Positions 10,184 to 20,306 of a DNA stretch of 64,000 nucleotides are shown here, piece after piece. The position numbers and the translations under genes were made by a program. Every line of letters begins with the position of its first letter. Within the stretch, counting starts at the first letter, position 1. This DNA comes from Geopsychrobacteraceae bacterium. GTDB lineage: Bacteria > Desulfobacterota > Desulfuromonadia > Desulfuromonadales > Geopsychrobacteraceae. The stretch is from NCBI GenBank assembly GCA_963662315.1, contig OY759353.1:2944001-3008000 (forward strand), written 5' to 3'. The notes under the pieces are model-generated. The model was not told the DNA's origin. It made no database searches and saw nothing but the letters and a program-made list of their open reading frames with translations.

Positions 10184-11527
10184 TTATTTATTAAACATTT
10201 TTTGTGTATATTCTTTGCGGAAATTGACGACATCGAGATTATCAACCAACTCAACGTCCGAGAAGCTCACAATCTGATCGCGCGGCACAGGATTCTTCAA
10301 TTTTACATGGTGTGCCAGTCCGATCGGCAGAGCATCAATGGCCTGACTCCTTGTTGCAGGGATAGCCTTTGCCCAGACCGCGAAACCGCCCTCGCCATCC
10401 AACATGTCCCCAGCCTTCAAGTCAGACTTGGCAGTCGCTACGGCATCGGCGCGAAACTCTTTGGAGGATCCAGTAGGTTCACCGCGCAAGACGGCTGACA
10501 GCACGCTTACGCTTGTTTCCAAGCCGATCATGTGGAACGGCCGCCACATGGAGGCATACCAGCCCGACTTGTCGGTCAGAAGGCCATACTGCTTGAAGCA
10601 AGCTCGTGTGTACTCATCGGGTGCCTTGAAGGTAACAAACATGCCATAGCGGATGTTGTTCAGAACTTCACGGCCGTCCGGTTCCTGGCTGGCGGCAATG
10701 TCGATCAGCCCGGCGCGCGGCAAACGTCCGCCATCCGCTACCGGCTTAAAAACATTCGCCAAATCCTGTAGACCCGCAGGGTAGAATGCCAGACCATCAT
10801 CAGGGCAATCCAAGCCGGTGCCATTGGCTATTGCTGCCATTTCAATGGCCGCCTTCGTACCGTCAGTGAAGGAGTTGTACATTTGCGGGTTGAAATCGCC
10901 GGCTTTGACTTCTTCTTCGGTCCATCCGAAGAAGCCCCACACAGTGTCAGGCGTGGAGTAGCGATAGCGTGGCTCGAAGTTCATTCCCTTGCCAGTTGCA
11001 GTCAGCTCGAAGCCACATGATCGAACCCAGTCGATCAGCTCGCAACAAAATGCCGGCTGGTCCCCATAGGCCATTGAATAGACAAGACCCTTCTCACGAG
11101 CCTTCGCCGCTAACAAAGGACCACACATAACATCCGCTTCAACGTTTACCATAACAATATGCTTGTTATTTTCGATGGCGGCCAAAGCGTGACGAACACC
11201 GGCGATCGGATGTCCGGTTGCTTCAATCAAACATTCGATACCTTCAAACTCGGCGAGCGTCTTGGCGTCATCTAACACGCATGTTGTGCCTGAATCATAG
11301 GCCTCGGCCAAGGTTTTGGCTCCGTACTGTTCTGGCGACCAGCCGACACGATTAAGGGATTCCTTGGCCTTACTCACGTTTAGATCTGCGACACCGACAA
11401 TGTGGTAGCCTTCAATGTATTTAGCTTGGGCGAGCATCATGGAGCCGAATTTGCCGGCACCAATCACACCGACACGAACAGGCCCAGCTTCAGCATTCCG
11501 TTTTTTAAGCATTGTTGACAAGTTCAT
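10184..11527 (-). CDS. Homoserine-dehydrogenase-like NAD(P) oxidoreductase with C-terminal SAF domain (COG4091-like)
   Basis: GVIGAGKFG Rossmann motif, NVEAD, GDQP, DGTK, C-terminal LDGEGG..LPIGLA; ATG 11527 with AAGGAG RBS. Confidence 0.82.
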   Translation of the reverse strand: MNLSTMLKKRNAEAGPVRVGVIGAGKFGSMMLAQAKYIEGYHIVGVADLNVSKAKESLNRVGWSPEQYGAKTLAEAYDSGTTCVLDDAKTLAEFEGIECLIEATGHPIAGVRHALAAIENNKHIVMVNVEADVMCGPLLAAKAREKGLVYSMAYGDQPAFCCELIDWVRSCGFELTATGKGMNFEPRYRYSTPDTVWGFFGWTEEEVKAGDFNPQMYNSFTDGTKAAIEMAAIANGTGLDCPDDGLAFYPAGLQDLANVFKPVADGGRLPRAGLIDIAASQEPDGREVLNNIRYGMFVTFKAPDEYTRACFKQYGLLTDKSGWYASMWRPFHMIGLETSVSVLSAVLRGEPTGSSKEFRADAVATAKSDLKAGDMLDGEGGFAVWAKAIPATRSQAIDALPIGLAHHVKLKNPVPRDQIVSFSDVELVDNLDVVNFRKEYTQKMFNK

Positions 11528-12271
11528 AATCAAAACTCCTTCTTTTGCAGCCTTGAAAAAGACTGCCACTAAAATTGACTGTTTTGGCTCCTAACTGCCA
11601 AGCACCAATCCAAAACCCTTTTTTTTCAAACTACTGTTCTGTCCATCCCTCCACATACACTTTATTCGCTCCTTAATCCCAGGCGATTCTTTCCATTGTC
11701 TTTAACTGGATTGAAAGGCGGTTTGTTTTTTTAAAATCTTATTGTCTGCATGAATATCACACTTATTTGCGAAGCTCTATTCACATTTTCTATTTGATTG
11801 TTTAGAAAATTTAAGCATTTTAGGCATACCTATCGGACCCGGCAATCCACATCTCCACACATAATTCATGCGGAATCTTGCTTCAGAAATATTTTTTTAT
11901 TATTTATTCTAGGTGTTTATGCTTATTTCTGGCAGGATGGCTTTCTAAATTAGTCCAATTCAGACCAATCCGATAACACCTATGAAAATTCAGTGAAGTT
12001 CTTGCTCATTGAAGGGGTTAACAATGACACTCGCACCACATCGTGCCACCAAAAGACATTACCAAAACAATATTATATATTCCTTGATCTTATTTTTATG
12101 GAGGCGGGCATCAAGAAAAAAGGGACCTGACGTGGTACCGTGTTATGGCAAAGATAAAAGAAAGGAAAAAATGCCGCCAAAGAATTATGCCTTTAACGTT
12201 TTCTATACATTTTTTGATAATAGAAATGAATTCACTCTCTTTTGAGGGTGTATTGAGTTGCCATGAGTGAG

Positions 12272-13180
12272 CTATATCCATAAACGATAGCGTTGGCTCG
12301 AACTGAACCATAACTCGGCCTGATGGGTTATCCAATCGAGAAAAAGCTTCACTTTAGCACGCCGGAGATGATGGTGTGGGCAAACGAGCCACTGGGTTCG
12401 CAAGACCATCGACGGAGCGTTAATGACAGGTGTAACCAATAGCCCCTCACGAAGTTCCCGTTCCATCATGAGCACACTCTCCAGTGCGATCCCCATACCT
12501 GCAACAGCTGCGTCGACAGACATGTAAGAACGGTCAAAGTAAATTTTTCTCTGGGTGTCCTCCAGGTGAAGGTCTTGGCGGGCCAGCCACATCTTCCATG
12601 TTAGCTGGGACTTAACGGAGTGAAGCAATCGTCGCCCGGTCACCTCTTCCGGCTTCATACTGAATGGGGCCGCAAAGGAGGGAGAACAAACCGGAATGAA
12701 GTGCTCTTCTGCCAGGGGCTGGACAAAGAGACCGGGCCAGTCACCGGTCCCATGCCGAATTTCGATATCAATATCGTCACGGGTAAAATCTGTTGCTTCG
12801 CTGGTACCATCCAATCGGATATCCAGCATCGGGTTGGCATCTATGAACTGCTGCAAACGCGGTAATAGCCACTTTGTCGAGACACTGGGAGTGGCACGAA
12901 TCGCCAGCTGAGAAGGGGTTTTCCCCCCTTTAACCTGATGAACAGATTCGGCAATGTGCTCAACGTCGCTGGCGATCATCTGGTAAAATCGCTCCCCCCC
13001 CTCGGTCAAGCTAATTCCCCTGCCCTTTTTCATCACCAGGGTCATGCCCAGTTGCGTTTCAAGGACTCGAATCTGTTGAGTTACAGCTGAAGCGGTTACT
13101 CCCAGTTCGTCAGCCGCTCGCGCAACGCTTTGGTATCTGGCGAGAAAGTAGAAGACACTTATTTGTCGAAATGGCATCAT
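12272..13180 (-). CDS. LysR family regulator (GcvA-like)
   Basis: SVARAADELGVTASAVTQQIRVLE HTH; WLLPRL; DIDIEIRHG. Confidence 0.9.
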   Translation of the reverse strand: MMPFRQISVFYFLARYQSVARAADELGVTASAVTQQIRVLETQLGMTLVMKKGRGISLTEGGERFYQMIASDVEHIAESVHQVKGGKTPSQLAIRATPSVSTKWLLPRLQQFIDANPMLDIRLDGTSEATDFTRDDIDIEIRHGTGDWPGLFVQPLAEEHFIPVCSPSFAAPFSMKPEEVTGRRLLHSVKSQLTWKMWLARQDLHLEDTQRKIYFDRSYMSVDAAVAGMGIALESVLMMERELREGLLVTPVINAPSMVLRTQWLVCPHHHLRRAKVKLFLDWITHQAELWFSSSQRYRLWI

Positions 13181-13528
13181 CTCCAGAATTCCATCATGTT
13201 CAGTATCCTTAATCGCCGATCCAGCCGGAATATCCCCAACCGCATTCTCCTGGATTCCGTTTTCATTCGAATCTCTAGGGGTTTTCTGCTGCAGCTATTT
13301 CGGTCCGGAACAACTGTCCAACAGCCCTTTTCCTGACGCGAAAATTATTTAGACTGTGCTGCCAAAACTGAAAATATTGTGATTATTTATCGTTACAATA
13401 TTGCCACCCCCATTTGATGCGGAAACCTCTCCCCAAATGGGGGCGTGACACAGTGAATTTCGATCTTAGCATCAAGGAAATAAATGTTTCTATCCTATTT
13501 ACCTAAAAAAACATACTTAGCACGACAC

Positions 13529-14431
13529 TCACAAGTGCAGAGCAAAATCTTCTTTCTGCTTGTACTCCCGACTCAGATCATCAACCAGTTCCAGCATCAG
13601 GTCACGCCGCACAGAGGATTTTCGCCAATAAAGACCGATAGTCCTGGTCGGTCCGCCCCCTTTAAGCCGCACATAATGCAGCTGCGGATTTTTTTGCGCG
13701 ACGCATTGTGGGATCAGTGAGATAGCCCTCTGCATACTGATCATCTGCAGCAGGGTTTCCATGGAACTGGCGCGAAAGTTGAGGACTTCGCCGATACCGC
13801 TGCGTGAACAATAATCGAGAGCCTGGCCACGCAGACAGTGGCCATCTTCCAGTAAGAGTAATTGTTCTGATGCCAATTCATTAGAAGTGATCTCCTCGCG
13901 TTCAGCCCAGGCATGACGTTTGGAAACCCCGACATAAAATTCTTCGGCGAAAATTTCACCATACTCAAGATCGTCTTCATAAACCGGCAAAGCCAAAAAT
14001 GCGGCGTCCAGTTGTCCGGATAGCAAGCGCTGCACCAGAATCCCGGTTTTTTCCTCAATCAAATTAATCTGCAACTGCGGATAGCTATCGACCAGATGAT
14101 CTATGATGTGGGGGAAGAAGTAAGGAGCCAGGGTCGGAAAAGCGCCCAGAGACAAGGGACCTGCATAGGGGTTATGCCAGTTGCGGGCGAGAGCCTCAAT
14201 CTCCTCGACCTGCTGCAACACTTTCCGGGCTCGGGCCACAACCTCTTTGCCGCAGGGAGTAAAGAAAAAGCCCTTGGAACTGCGCTCGAGAAGAACCACC
14301 CCCAGCTCGTCCTCGACTTTTTTAATCTGAATACTTAAGGCCGGCTGACTGACACAGCACTCTTCTGCAGCCAGGCGGAAACTGCCATGCTTTTCAAGAG
14401 CAACCAGATATTTGAATGTCTGTAGATTCAT
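13529..14431 (-). CDS. oxyR: H2O2-sensing LysR regulator OxyR
   Basis: LysR HTH; LLEDGHCLRGQALDYC carries both redox cysteines; divergent from ahpCF. Confidence 0.92.
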   Translation of the reverse strand: MNLQTFKYLVALEKHGSFRLAAEECCVSQPALSIQIKKVEDELGVVLLERSSKGFFFTPCGKEVVARARKVLQQVEEIEALARNWHNPYAGPLSLGAFPTLAPYFFPHIIDHLVDSYPQLQINLIEEKTGILVQRLLSGQLDAAFLALPVYEDDLEYGEIFAEEFYVGVSKRHAWAEREEITSNELASEQLLLLEDGHCLRGQALDYCSRSGIGEVLNFRASSMETLLQMISMQRAISLIPQCVAQKNPQLHYVRLKGGGPTRTIGLYWRKSSVRRDLMLELVDDLSREYKQKEDFALHL

Positions 14432-14445
14432 GCTGTCTTTTTATC

Positions 14446-14482
14446 ATAAACAAAATTTATCGATCCAGTAAAATCAATAAAT
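14446..14482 (+). promoter_or_regulatory. Probable OxyR binding site
   Basis: ATAA-N7-TTAT-N7-GTAA-N7-AAAT, a degenerate match to ATAG-N7-CTAT-N7-ATAG-N7-CTAT, between oxyR and ahpC. Confidence 0.55.
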
Positions 14483-14577
14483 TTTACAAAAAATATCCAC
14501 TCAGGCATTGTTGCAACGTATTCAACACAGAGAACCAATACAAATCGTGAATTAACTTAACAAGGAGGACAAATCCA

Positions 14578-15144
14578 ATGCAAACCATCATCAATTCCCA
14601 GCTTCCCGAGTTTAAAGTTCAGGCGTTCCAAAATGACGAATTCATTTCTGTGTCCAATGAAGACCTGAAAGACAAGTGGTCCATCCTGTTCTTTTACCCG
14701 GCTGACTTTACTTTTGTCTGCCCGACGGAACTTGGTGATATTGCCGATAAATATGAAGAACTTAAAGACATCAATTGCGAAGTCTATTCAGTAAGCACCG
14801 ATACCCATTTCGTCCATAAAGCCTGGTGGGATACCTCTGAAACGATCAAGAAGATCAAATTCCCAATGCTGGCTGACCCAACTGGTGCTCTGTCCCGCGC
14901 CCTCGGTACCTACATTGAGGAAGAAGGTCTCGCCTACCGTGCGACTTTTATCGTCAACCCAGAAGGTGTCATCAAGGTTGCAGAATACAGCGACAATTCA
15001 GTTGGCCGTAATGCTGAGGAGATTGTCCGTAAGGTGCAGGCATCGCAATTTGTCGCTGAAAACGAAGGTGAGGTTTGCCCAGCCAAATGGAAACCAGGTG
15101 CAGAGACTCTGAAGCCAGGTCTATCTCTGGTCGGCAAAATCTAG
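14578..15144 (+). CDS. ahpC: Alkyl hydroperoxide reductase subunit C
   Basis: FYPADFTFVCPTE and GEVCPAKW. Confidence 0.96.
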   Translation: MQTIINSQLPEFKVQAFQNDEFISVSNEDLKDKWSILFFYPADFTFVCPTELGDIADKYEELKDINCEVYSVSTDTHFVHKAWWDTSETIKKIKFPMLADPTGALSRALGTYIEEEGLAYRATFIVNPEGVIKVAEYSDNSVGRNAEEIVRKVQASQFVAENEGEVCPAKWKPGAETLKPGLSLVGKI

Positions 15145-15163
15145 TCACTCCAGAGAGTGACTA

Positions 15164-15268
15164 GTGAGGTCTGGAATCCCTTTTCCAGGGACGCATGAAC
15201 CCATCCGTGGGGCTTAACTATCGCCGTCCGGGCGATAGACACCCTTACAAAGGAATCCCAGACCTCAC
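15164..15268. repeat. About 105-bp foldback element (REP/MITE-like)
   Basis: Arms GTGAGGTCTGGAATCCCTTT / AAAGGAATCCCAGACCTCAC enclose hairpins CCCA-TCCG-TGGG and CTATCGCC-GTCCG-GGCGATAG. Confidence 0.55.
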
Positions 15269-15357
15269 CCCGACATTTGGGAAGAATAACTAAATTTCAA
15301 TCCCGGGTGCTTCGGCACCCGGACTGCCTGATTAAATGTTTTTACAAGGGGAATATC

Positions 15358-16914
15358 ATGTTGGACCAAGCAACTTTGGATCAGTTGAAAGAGGTCTTTG
15401 GGGGCCTTTCTGCAAGTTATCGGTTTGTTACCCAGGTGGCAAATCATCCAGCCCAGGCTGAGTTGCTTGAGATGCTGAATGATGTTGCCTCAACTTCGAA
15501 CCAAATCAGTGTTGCCGAACAGCCGGTAGAAGGTCTGAAATTTCAGATTAAAAAGGATGAGGCCCTGGTACCGATCACCTTTCGAGGCATTCCCGGCGGA
15601 CATGAATTTACGACTTTAATCCTGGCACTGCTGAATGCCGATGGCAAAGGCAAGTGGCCGGATGAAACTATACAAAACAGAGTTAAAGCACTCAAGGGAC
15701 CGATTCGGCTGACCAGTTATGTCTCGACCAGCTGCGTCAACTGTCCCGACGTGGTGCAGGCTCTCAATCAAATGGCCCTTATGCATGCTGACTTTCACCA
15801 TGAAATTGTTGAAGGAACCCACTTTCAGGATGAAATCAGCAACAGAGGCATTCAGGGTGTTCCGGCGGTATTTGCTGACGACGAGCGTCTTTCCGTCGGC
15901 AAGGCGAGTCTGACCGAACTTCTGGAAAAACTGGAAGAGCTTTATGGCCACGGCGAAGTTACTGCCAGTAGCGAGGTTAAAGATTACGATGTTGTCGTTA
16001 TTGGCGGCGGCCCTGGCGGTGCTGCCGCAGCTATTTATACCGCGCGTAAAGGTCTGAAAACAGCGATTGTCGCTGAAAAAATCGGTGGCCAGGTCAATGA
16101 AACCAAGGGGATCGAAAACCTGATTTCAATTCCCTATACCGAGGGCCCCCAGTTAGCGGCCAACCTGTTCAGTCACCTGGATGAATATCCCATTGATATT
16201 CTTGAGCACCGGCGCGTTGAAGAGATTCAGAACGGTCCGCGTAAATACCTGCATATGAAGGGTGGCGAGGTGATTACCACCGGAGCGCTGATTATTTCCA
16301 CAGGTGCCAAGTGGCGCCAGCTTAACATCCCCGGTGAAAAAACCAATATCGGCCGTGGGGTAGCTTTCTGCCCTCACTGTGACGGCCCCTTTTACAAGGA
16401 CAAGCCTGTTGCGGTCATCGGTGGCGGAAACTCCGGGGTTGAGGCTGCTATCGACCTGGCAGGAATCTGTTCCCACGTAACAGTGGTTGAGTATGCCCAT
16501 AAGCTCAACGCTGATGATGTTTTGATCAAAAAGCTCAACTCCCTGAAAAATACCAGGGTTATTACCGGCACTGCCGCCGGACGCATCATTGATAATGATG
16601 CGAAGGTGACCGGCCTTGAACTCATGACCCGAGAGACCGATGCCATAGAGATCGTCAATGTCGACGGTGTCTTTGTTCAGATCGGCCTTGACCCGAATAG
16701 TGCACCATTCGCGGACCTTGTCGAGTTGAACCAACGTGGCGAAATCATTGTCGATGCTCACTGCCGCACAGCAATCACCGGCATATACGCTGCAGGTGAT
16801 GTTACTGATGTACCGTATAAACAGATCATTATCGCCATGGGCGAAGGTGCTAAAGCAGGCTTAAGCGCCTTCGAAGATTTCGCCCGCGGCAACATTGAAA
16901 CACTGGCACAATAA
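15358..16914 (+). CDS. ahpF: Alkyl hydroperoxide reductase subunit F
   Basis: [22 protein letters not shown] motif, [17 protein letters not shown]; start moved to ATG 15358. Confidence 0.95.
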   Translation: MLDQATLDQLKEVFGGLSASYRFVTQVANHPAQAELLEMLNDVASTSNQISVAEQPVEGLKFQIKKDEALVPITFRGIPGGHEFTTLILALLNADGKGKWPDETIQNRVKALKGPIRLTSYVSTSCVNCPDVVQALNQMALMHADFHHEIVEGTHFQDEISNRGIQGVPAVFADDERLSVGKASLTELLEKLEELYGHGEVTASSEVKDYDVVVIGGGPGGAAAAIYTARKGLKTAIVAEKIGGQVNETKGIENLISIPYTEGPQLAANLFSHLDEYPIDILEHRRVEEIQNGPRKYLHMKGGEVITTGALIISTGAKWRQLNIPGEKTNIGRGVAFCPHCDGPFYKDKPVAVIGGGNSGVEAAIDLAGICSHVTVVEYAHKLNADDVLIKKLNSLKNTRVITGTAAGRIIDNDAKVTGLELMTRETDAIEIVNVDGVFVQIGLDPNSAPFADLVELNQRGEIIVDAHCRTAITGIYAAGDVTDVPYKQIIIAMGEGAKAGLSAFEDFARGNIETLAQ

Positions 16915-16939
16915 GAGAAGCTTAATTTTCTTACCTCCT

Positions 16940-16977
16940 AAAAAAATCCCCAGGCATCAGTGTCAGGGGATTTTTTT
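16940..16977. terminator. Bidirectional rho-independent terminator
   Basis: AAAAAAATCCCC..GGGGATTTTTTT between the convergent ahpF and thioesterase genes. Confidence 0.7.
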
Positions 16978-16978
16978 A

Positions 16979-17548
16979 TCACGCTCTCTTCTGCCGCTCT
17001 TCTTCACGGATACGTGCTGCCTTAATATCTGCGACCCGCTTCTTCTTCCGCTCTTCAGCAGCAGCATAACGCTCTTTCTGAAGTTCTGTCTCGCAGATCA
17101 ACGGCGGTATCTGTCGCGGCTTTTGATCCTGATCGAGAGATACAAAGGTCAAATAAGCAGTGGCTGTATGACGAACCTCACCAGTCAGAACATCTTCGGC
17201 TTCAACCCGGGCTCCAATCTCCATGGAACTCGTACCAACATAGTTGATGCTGGCGCGAATGCGCAGAATGTTGCCGATATAAACCGGTGAATGAAAGTCG
17301 AGGCGATCCAGCGAGGCCGTAACCGCATTACCTCCGGTATGGCGCATAGCCACCATGGCTGCCGTATTATCGACCAGCTTCATGATGCAACCACCGTGAA
17401 CATTCCCGGCCAGGTTGGCATCATTATCCATCATTTGCTGGGCAATGGTGATGCTGCTGGCGGAAACGGTCTTCGGCTTCATATTGTGCTCTATATAATT
17501 ATCGATCGGGCGAATTTGCTTACCATTCAGATTTTTTACTGAATTCAT
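16979..17548 (-). CDS. Acyl-CoA thioesterase (hotdog fold, YciA-like)
   Basis: DANLAGNVHGG..VD, VTASLD, GTSSMEIG; AGGAGG RBS before ATG 17548. Confidence 0.88.
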   Translation of the reverse strand: MNSVKNLNGKQIRPIDNYIEHNMKPKTVSASSITIAQQMMDNDANLAGNVHGGCIMKLVDNTAAMVAMRHTGGNAVTASLDRLDFHSPVYIGNILRIRASINYVGTSSMEIGARVEAEDVLTGEVRHTATAYLTFVSLDQDQKPRQIPPLICETELQKERYAAAEERKKKRVADIKAARIREEERQKRA

Positions 17549-17730
17549 ATTTGGCCTCCTTAGCAGCACAGGACAATTTCCTGCCAGTAAAGATACTACC
17601 TCTCTTGAACAGGATTACACCTCATAAATTATTAACCATGATAGCCTCCCACCCACTATTTTATAATGTTATTTGCTTTTGCTGACCAAGTTCTTAATAA
17701 TACAGCAACAACTGAGTTCAAGGAGCACTA

Positions 17731-19308
17731 ATGGGCCTTAAAGGTATGTTTCAAAAAATTTCCCAGACCCCGACTAACCCTCACCAGGATAATATTAAAC
17801 GATCATTTGATGTAGCCGATCTATTGTCCGGTCCGGTTTCCGTAACACGCCCGGAAAGTGCGGATATCAGTCTCGATGAAAAATTGCGTCAGGCCTATTT
17901 CTGGATTGTTAATTACGCCATTATCAGCCCCCACTACGATATTGAATATAACGAAACTCCAGCACCGTCATTTCCCATCGGTGATAGCCACAGCCCCCTT
18001 AACCTGCCCAGCGGTCAGAGTTACTCAAGCTTTGTTCTGCTGCCGCTACTCACTTTTGCCACGCGCCGAAAGTGTCTACTGATCGGAGGTCCAGGACGAG
18101 GGAAAACGGCGAGTGCCATCCTTATGGGGATTCTCGCCGGCTATCCCTTGCGTGATGTCAGACGCGCCATGCAGCACGGTCATCCCCAGATGACCATTGC
18201 CGACCTGTTAGGCAACCCACTTCCAGCTGACTTGGTCAACGCTCAGAGCCTGGAAGATGTCCGTATTTCCTGGCGTAAATGGCTGGGGATGCGGGTCAAA
18301 ATCATCGATGAATATAACCGTATTCCGACCCGCACCCAAAGCGCGCTGCTGACCGTTATGGGTGACAATTACGCCGAAGTGCTCAATCATATCTATGAGT
18401 GTCCAGAATCAGCTTGGTTTCTGACTGCAAATGATGATCAGGGGGGCGGCACCTATCAGGTTATCGAGGCCCTGCGTGACCGCATTGATATTGTCGTTCA
18501 AGCGCTGTCTTTTAATCCGCGCTTTTTAGAGGACCTGCTCTACCGCATAGAAAATAATCTACAACCAGAAGAAAGCCTGCCGTCACAACTGATCTTCAAT
18601 GAAGAACAAATCGACCAGATTCAGGATGAAATCCGCGCCGTAGAACTGCCTCGTCTGATCCGTAAGCGAATTGAATTTTTTTCCAGCCAGTTTGAATTCA
18701 GTGAGATGGCGGCCGCTCAATTCGAGTATAAAACCAAGGATACGGCACGCCTGTCCGGGACAGAGAAACATATTCTCACCGCCCTTGATAACGGCCGTGA
18801 CCGCCTTAAAGATTTGGGCTGCCAAACCCTTAATGGTCTTTCAGTGCGGATTCTGACCACCCTGATCCATTATGTGAAAGCCCTCGCCTATTTTCGTGGC
18901 AACCGGATCATTGACCTGGAAGACGTGCGCCAGATACTCCCTTTTGTCTTGCATGAAAAACTTAACCCGGATACAGATGCGCCATTTTTTGAGGAACCGG
19001 GCAAAGGCCTGTACCGCAGTGACCGAATCAGCTGGTTGCGCCAGCTGTTTGATAGCAGCTGTGCAGAATATGAGCGCCTTGATCGTGACCATGATGATCC
19101 AGTGGAAGATATCTCCAACGAATTCCAACAGGGGCTCGATGGTCTTAATAAAAAAGAAGTCCTACTCCGCCTTACCCGAATTGAAAAACTGATAGCTCAG
19201 TGGAGTAACGGACGAAAACTATACGGACATATTTACGACGATCTTCTCAAACTGAAATATTATCATCAGCGCTATACAAACTACCTGCGCTGGCTTCAGG
19301 CCAAATAA
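17731..19308 (+). CDS. MoxR-like AAA+ ATPase
   Basis: Walker A GGPGRGKT, Walker B IIDEYNR, sensor-1 LTAN, ALRDRID arginine-finger region. Confidence 0.85.
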   Translation: MGLKGMFQKISQTPTNPHQDNIKRSFDVADLLSGPVSVTRPESADISLDEKLRQAYFWIVNYAIISPHYDIEYNETPAPSFPIGDSHSPLNLPSGQSYSSFVLLPLLTFATRRKCLLIGGPGRGKTASAILMGILAGYPLRDVRRAMQHGHPQMTIADLLGNPLPADLVNAQSLEDVRISWRKWLGMRVKIIDEYNRIPTRTQSALLTVMGDNYAEVLNHIYECPESAWFLTANDDQGGGTYQVIEALRDRIDIVVQALSFNPRFLEDLLYRIENNLQPEESLPSQLIFNEEQIDQIQDEIRAVELPRLIRKRIEFFSSQFEFSEMAAAQFEYKTKDTARLSGTEKHILTALDNGRDRLKDLGCQTLNGLSVRILTTLIHYVKALAYFRGNRIIDLEDVRQILPFVLHEKLNPDTDAPFFEEPGKGLYRSDRISWLRQLFDSSCAEYERLDRDHDDPVEDISNEFQQGLDGLNKKEVLLRLTRIEKLIAQWSNGRKLYGHIYDDLLKLKYYHQRYTNYLRWLQAK

Positions 19309-19310
19309 GC

Positions 19311-20306
19311 ATGAGCCTGTGTGCCTCACTAAGCCATATTTTTCAGCAAGAGCGCGCTTTATTCAACCAGCTTTATGCTGATGTCCAGTGGCGTTTCCCC
19401 CAGCTTGAAGGGGATCAGTTCCGCGCGTTTCTCATCTCTGCGGTCAACCCGTTGGTGGCCAGTGCCAGTAGCTCTGGTCGCACTATTGATCGGGACTGGG
19501 TTGCGGTTATTTACACTGCCGCACTTGAACTGGTGGGCCAAAAGCTTGCGGGGCCAGCAGCGATTAATACCTGGCATAATCATCTATGGAACCTATTTCC
19601 AAATCTGTCTGAGCTTTTATTGCAAACCCCTGAACTGATTGCAGAACTGAGTAACTGCGTGCATCATGTGGTTCGGCATCCAGGCAGCCGGCCCCAACAC
19701 TGGCTCAACAGTTTCAGTCGTTGTGCACCTCTGTGCCAAACTCCAGAGCAAGTGCGTCAAGTAGCGCTAATTGCAGCCTGGTCTGCCGGTCTGGCCCATT
19801 ATCGCAGCAGTGCCCTAAACCTGCTGAATCAGCTTGATCAGCAACTCTGCCTCCGTCTTTTTGACCTTACAGCAAACCACGGAACAACCGAAAAACTGGT
19901 TAAACAACTGCAGCAAACTCCCTGGAGTCGGCCTGAACCCCAAACTCAGCCCCCCGCAAAATCCCTTTTCCAGTGTGGCGCATTCTCTGGTTTTGATGGG
20001 GTATTTACAAAGCCACCCAGAGTAGGTTGCGCAGCAGATCAAATTTTTGTCGTCAGTAACCAGGATTGCTGGCAGCTTTACGCTGACACGTTTGGAACCA
20101 GTTTGCAAACCGCCCCACGTCCTGCAGGGTTGAATCTGGTCACCTGTTATCCTGAACATGTCACTTTTTCAGACCATCAACTGAAGACTCCCCATGGCGA
20201 TTTGTCCCTTGCGAACTACGGTGAGATCACATCAGCCTGTTATTGCCACCAAACCTTGGCTTTTACAACCAGTCTCAGTCATGCGATTCTGTTGGTACCT
20301 CTATGA
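19311..20306 (+). CDS. Hypothetical protein (helical N-terminus, beta-rich C-terminus)
   Basis: 331 aa, starts 2 bp after the ATPase stop; GAFSGFDGVF motif. Confidence 0.7.
   Translation: MSLCASLSHIFQQERALFNQLYADVQWRFPQLEGDQFRAFLISAVNPLVASASSSGRTIDRDWVAVIYTAALELVGQKLAGPAAINTWHNHLWNLFPNLSELLLQTPELIAELSNCVHHVVRHPGSRPQHWLNSFSRCAPLCQTPEQVRQVALIAAWSAGLAHYRSSALNLLNQLDQQLCLRLFDLTANHGTTEKLVKQLQQTPWSRPEPQTQPPAKSLFQCGAFSGFDGVFTKPPRVGCAADQIFVVSNQDCWQLYADTFGTSLQTAPRPAGLNLVTCYPEHVTFSDHQLKTPHGDLSLANYGEITSACYCHQTLAFTTSLSHAILLVPL

Noticed and set aside
10184..11527. Homoserine dehydrogenase or FlgA annotation
   Set aside because: Rossmann-plus-SAF architecture in a catabolic TRAP cluster, with no ACT domain and no thr/met or flagellar context.
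12009..12245. 78-aa plus-strand ORF between LysR and the oxidoreductase
   Set aside because: Low-complexity AT-rich intergenic sequence with no family signal.
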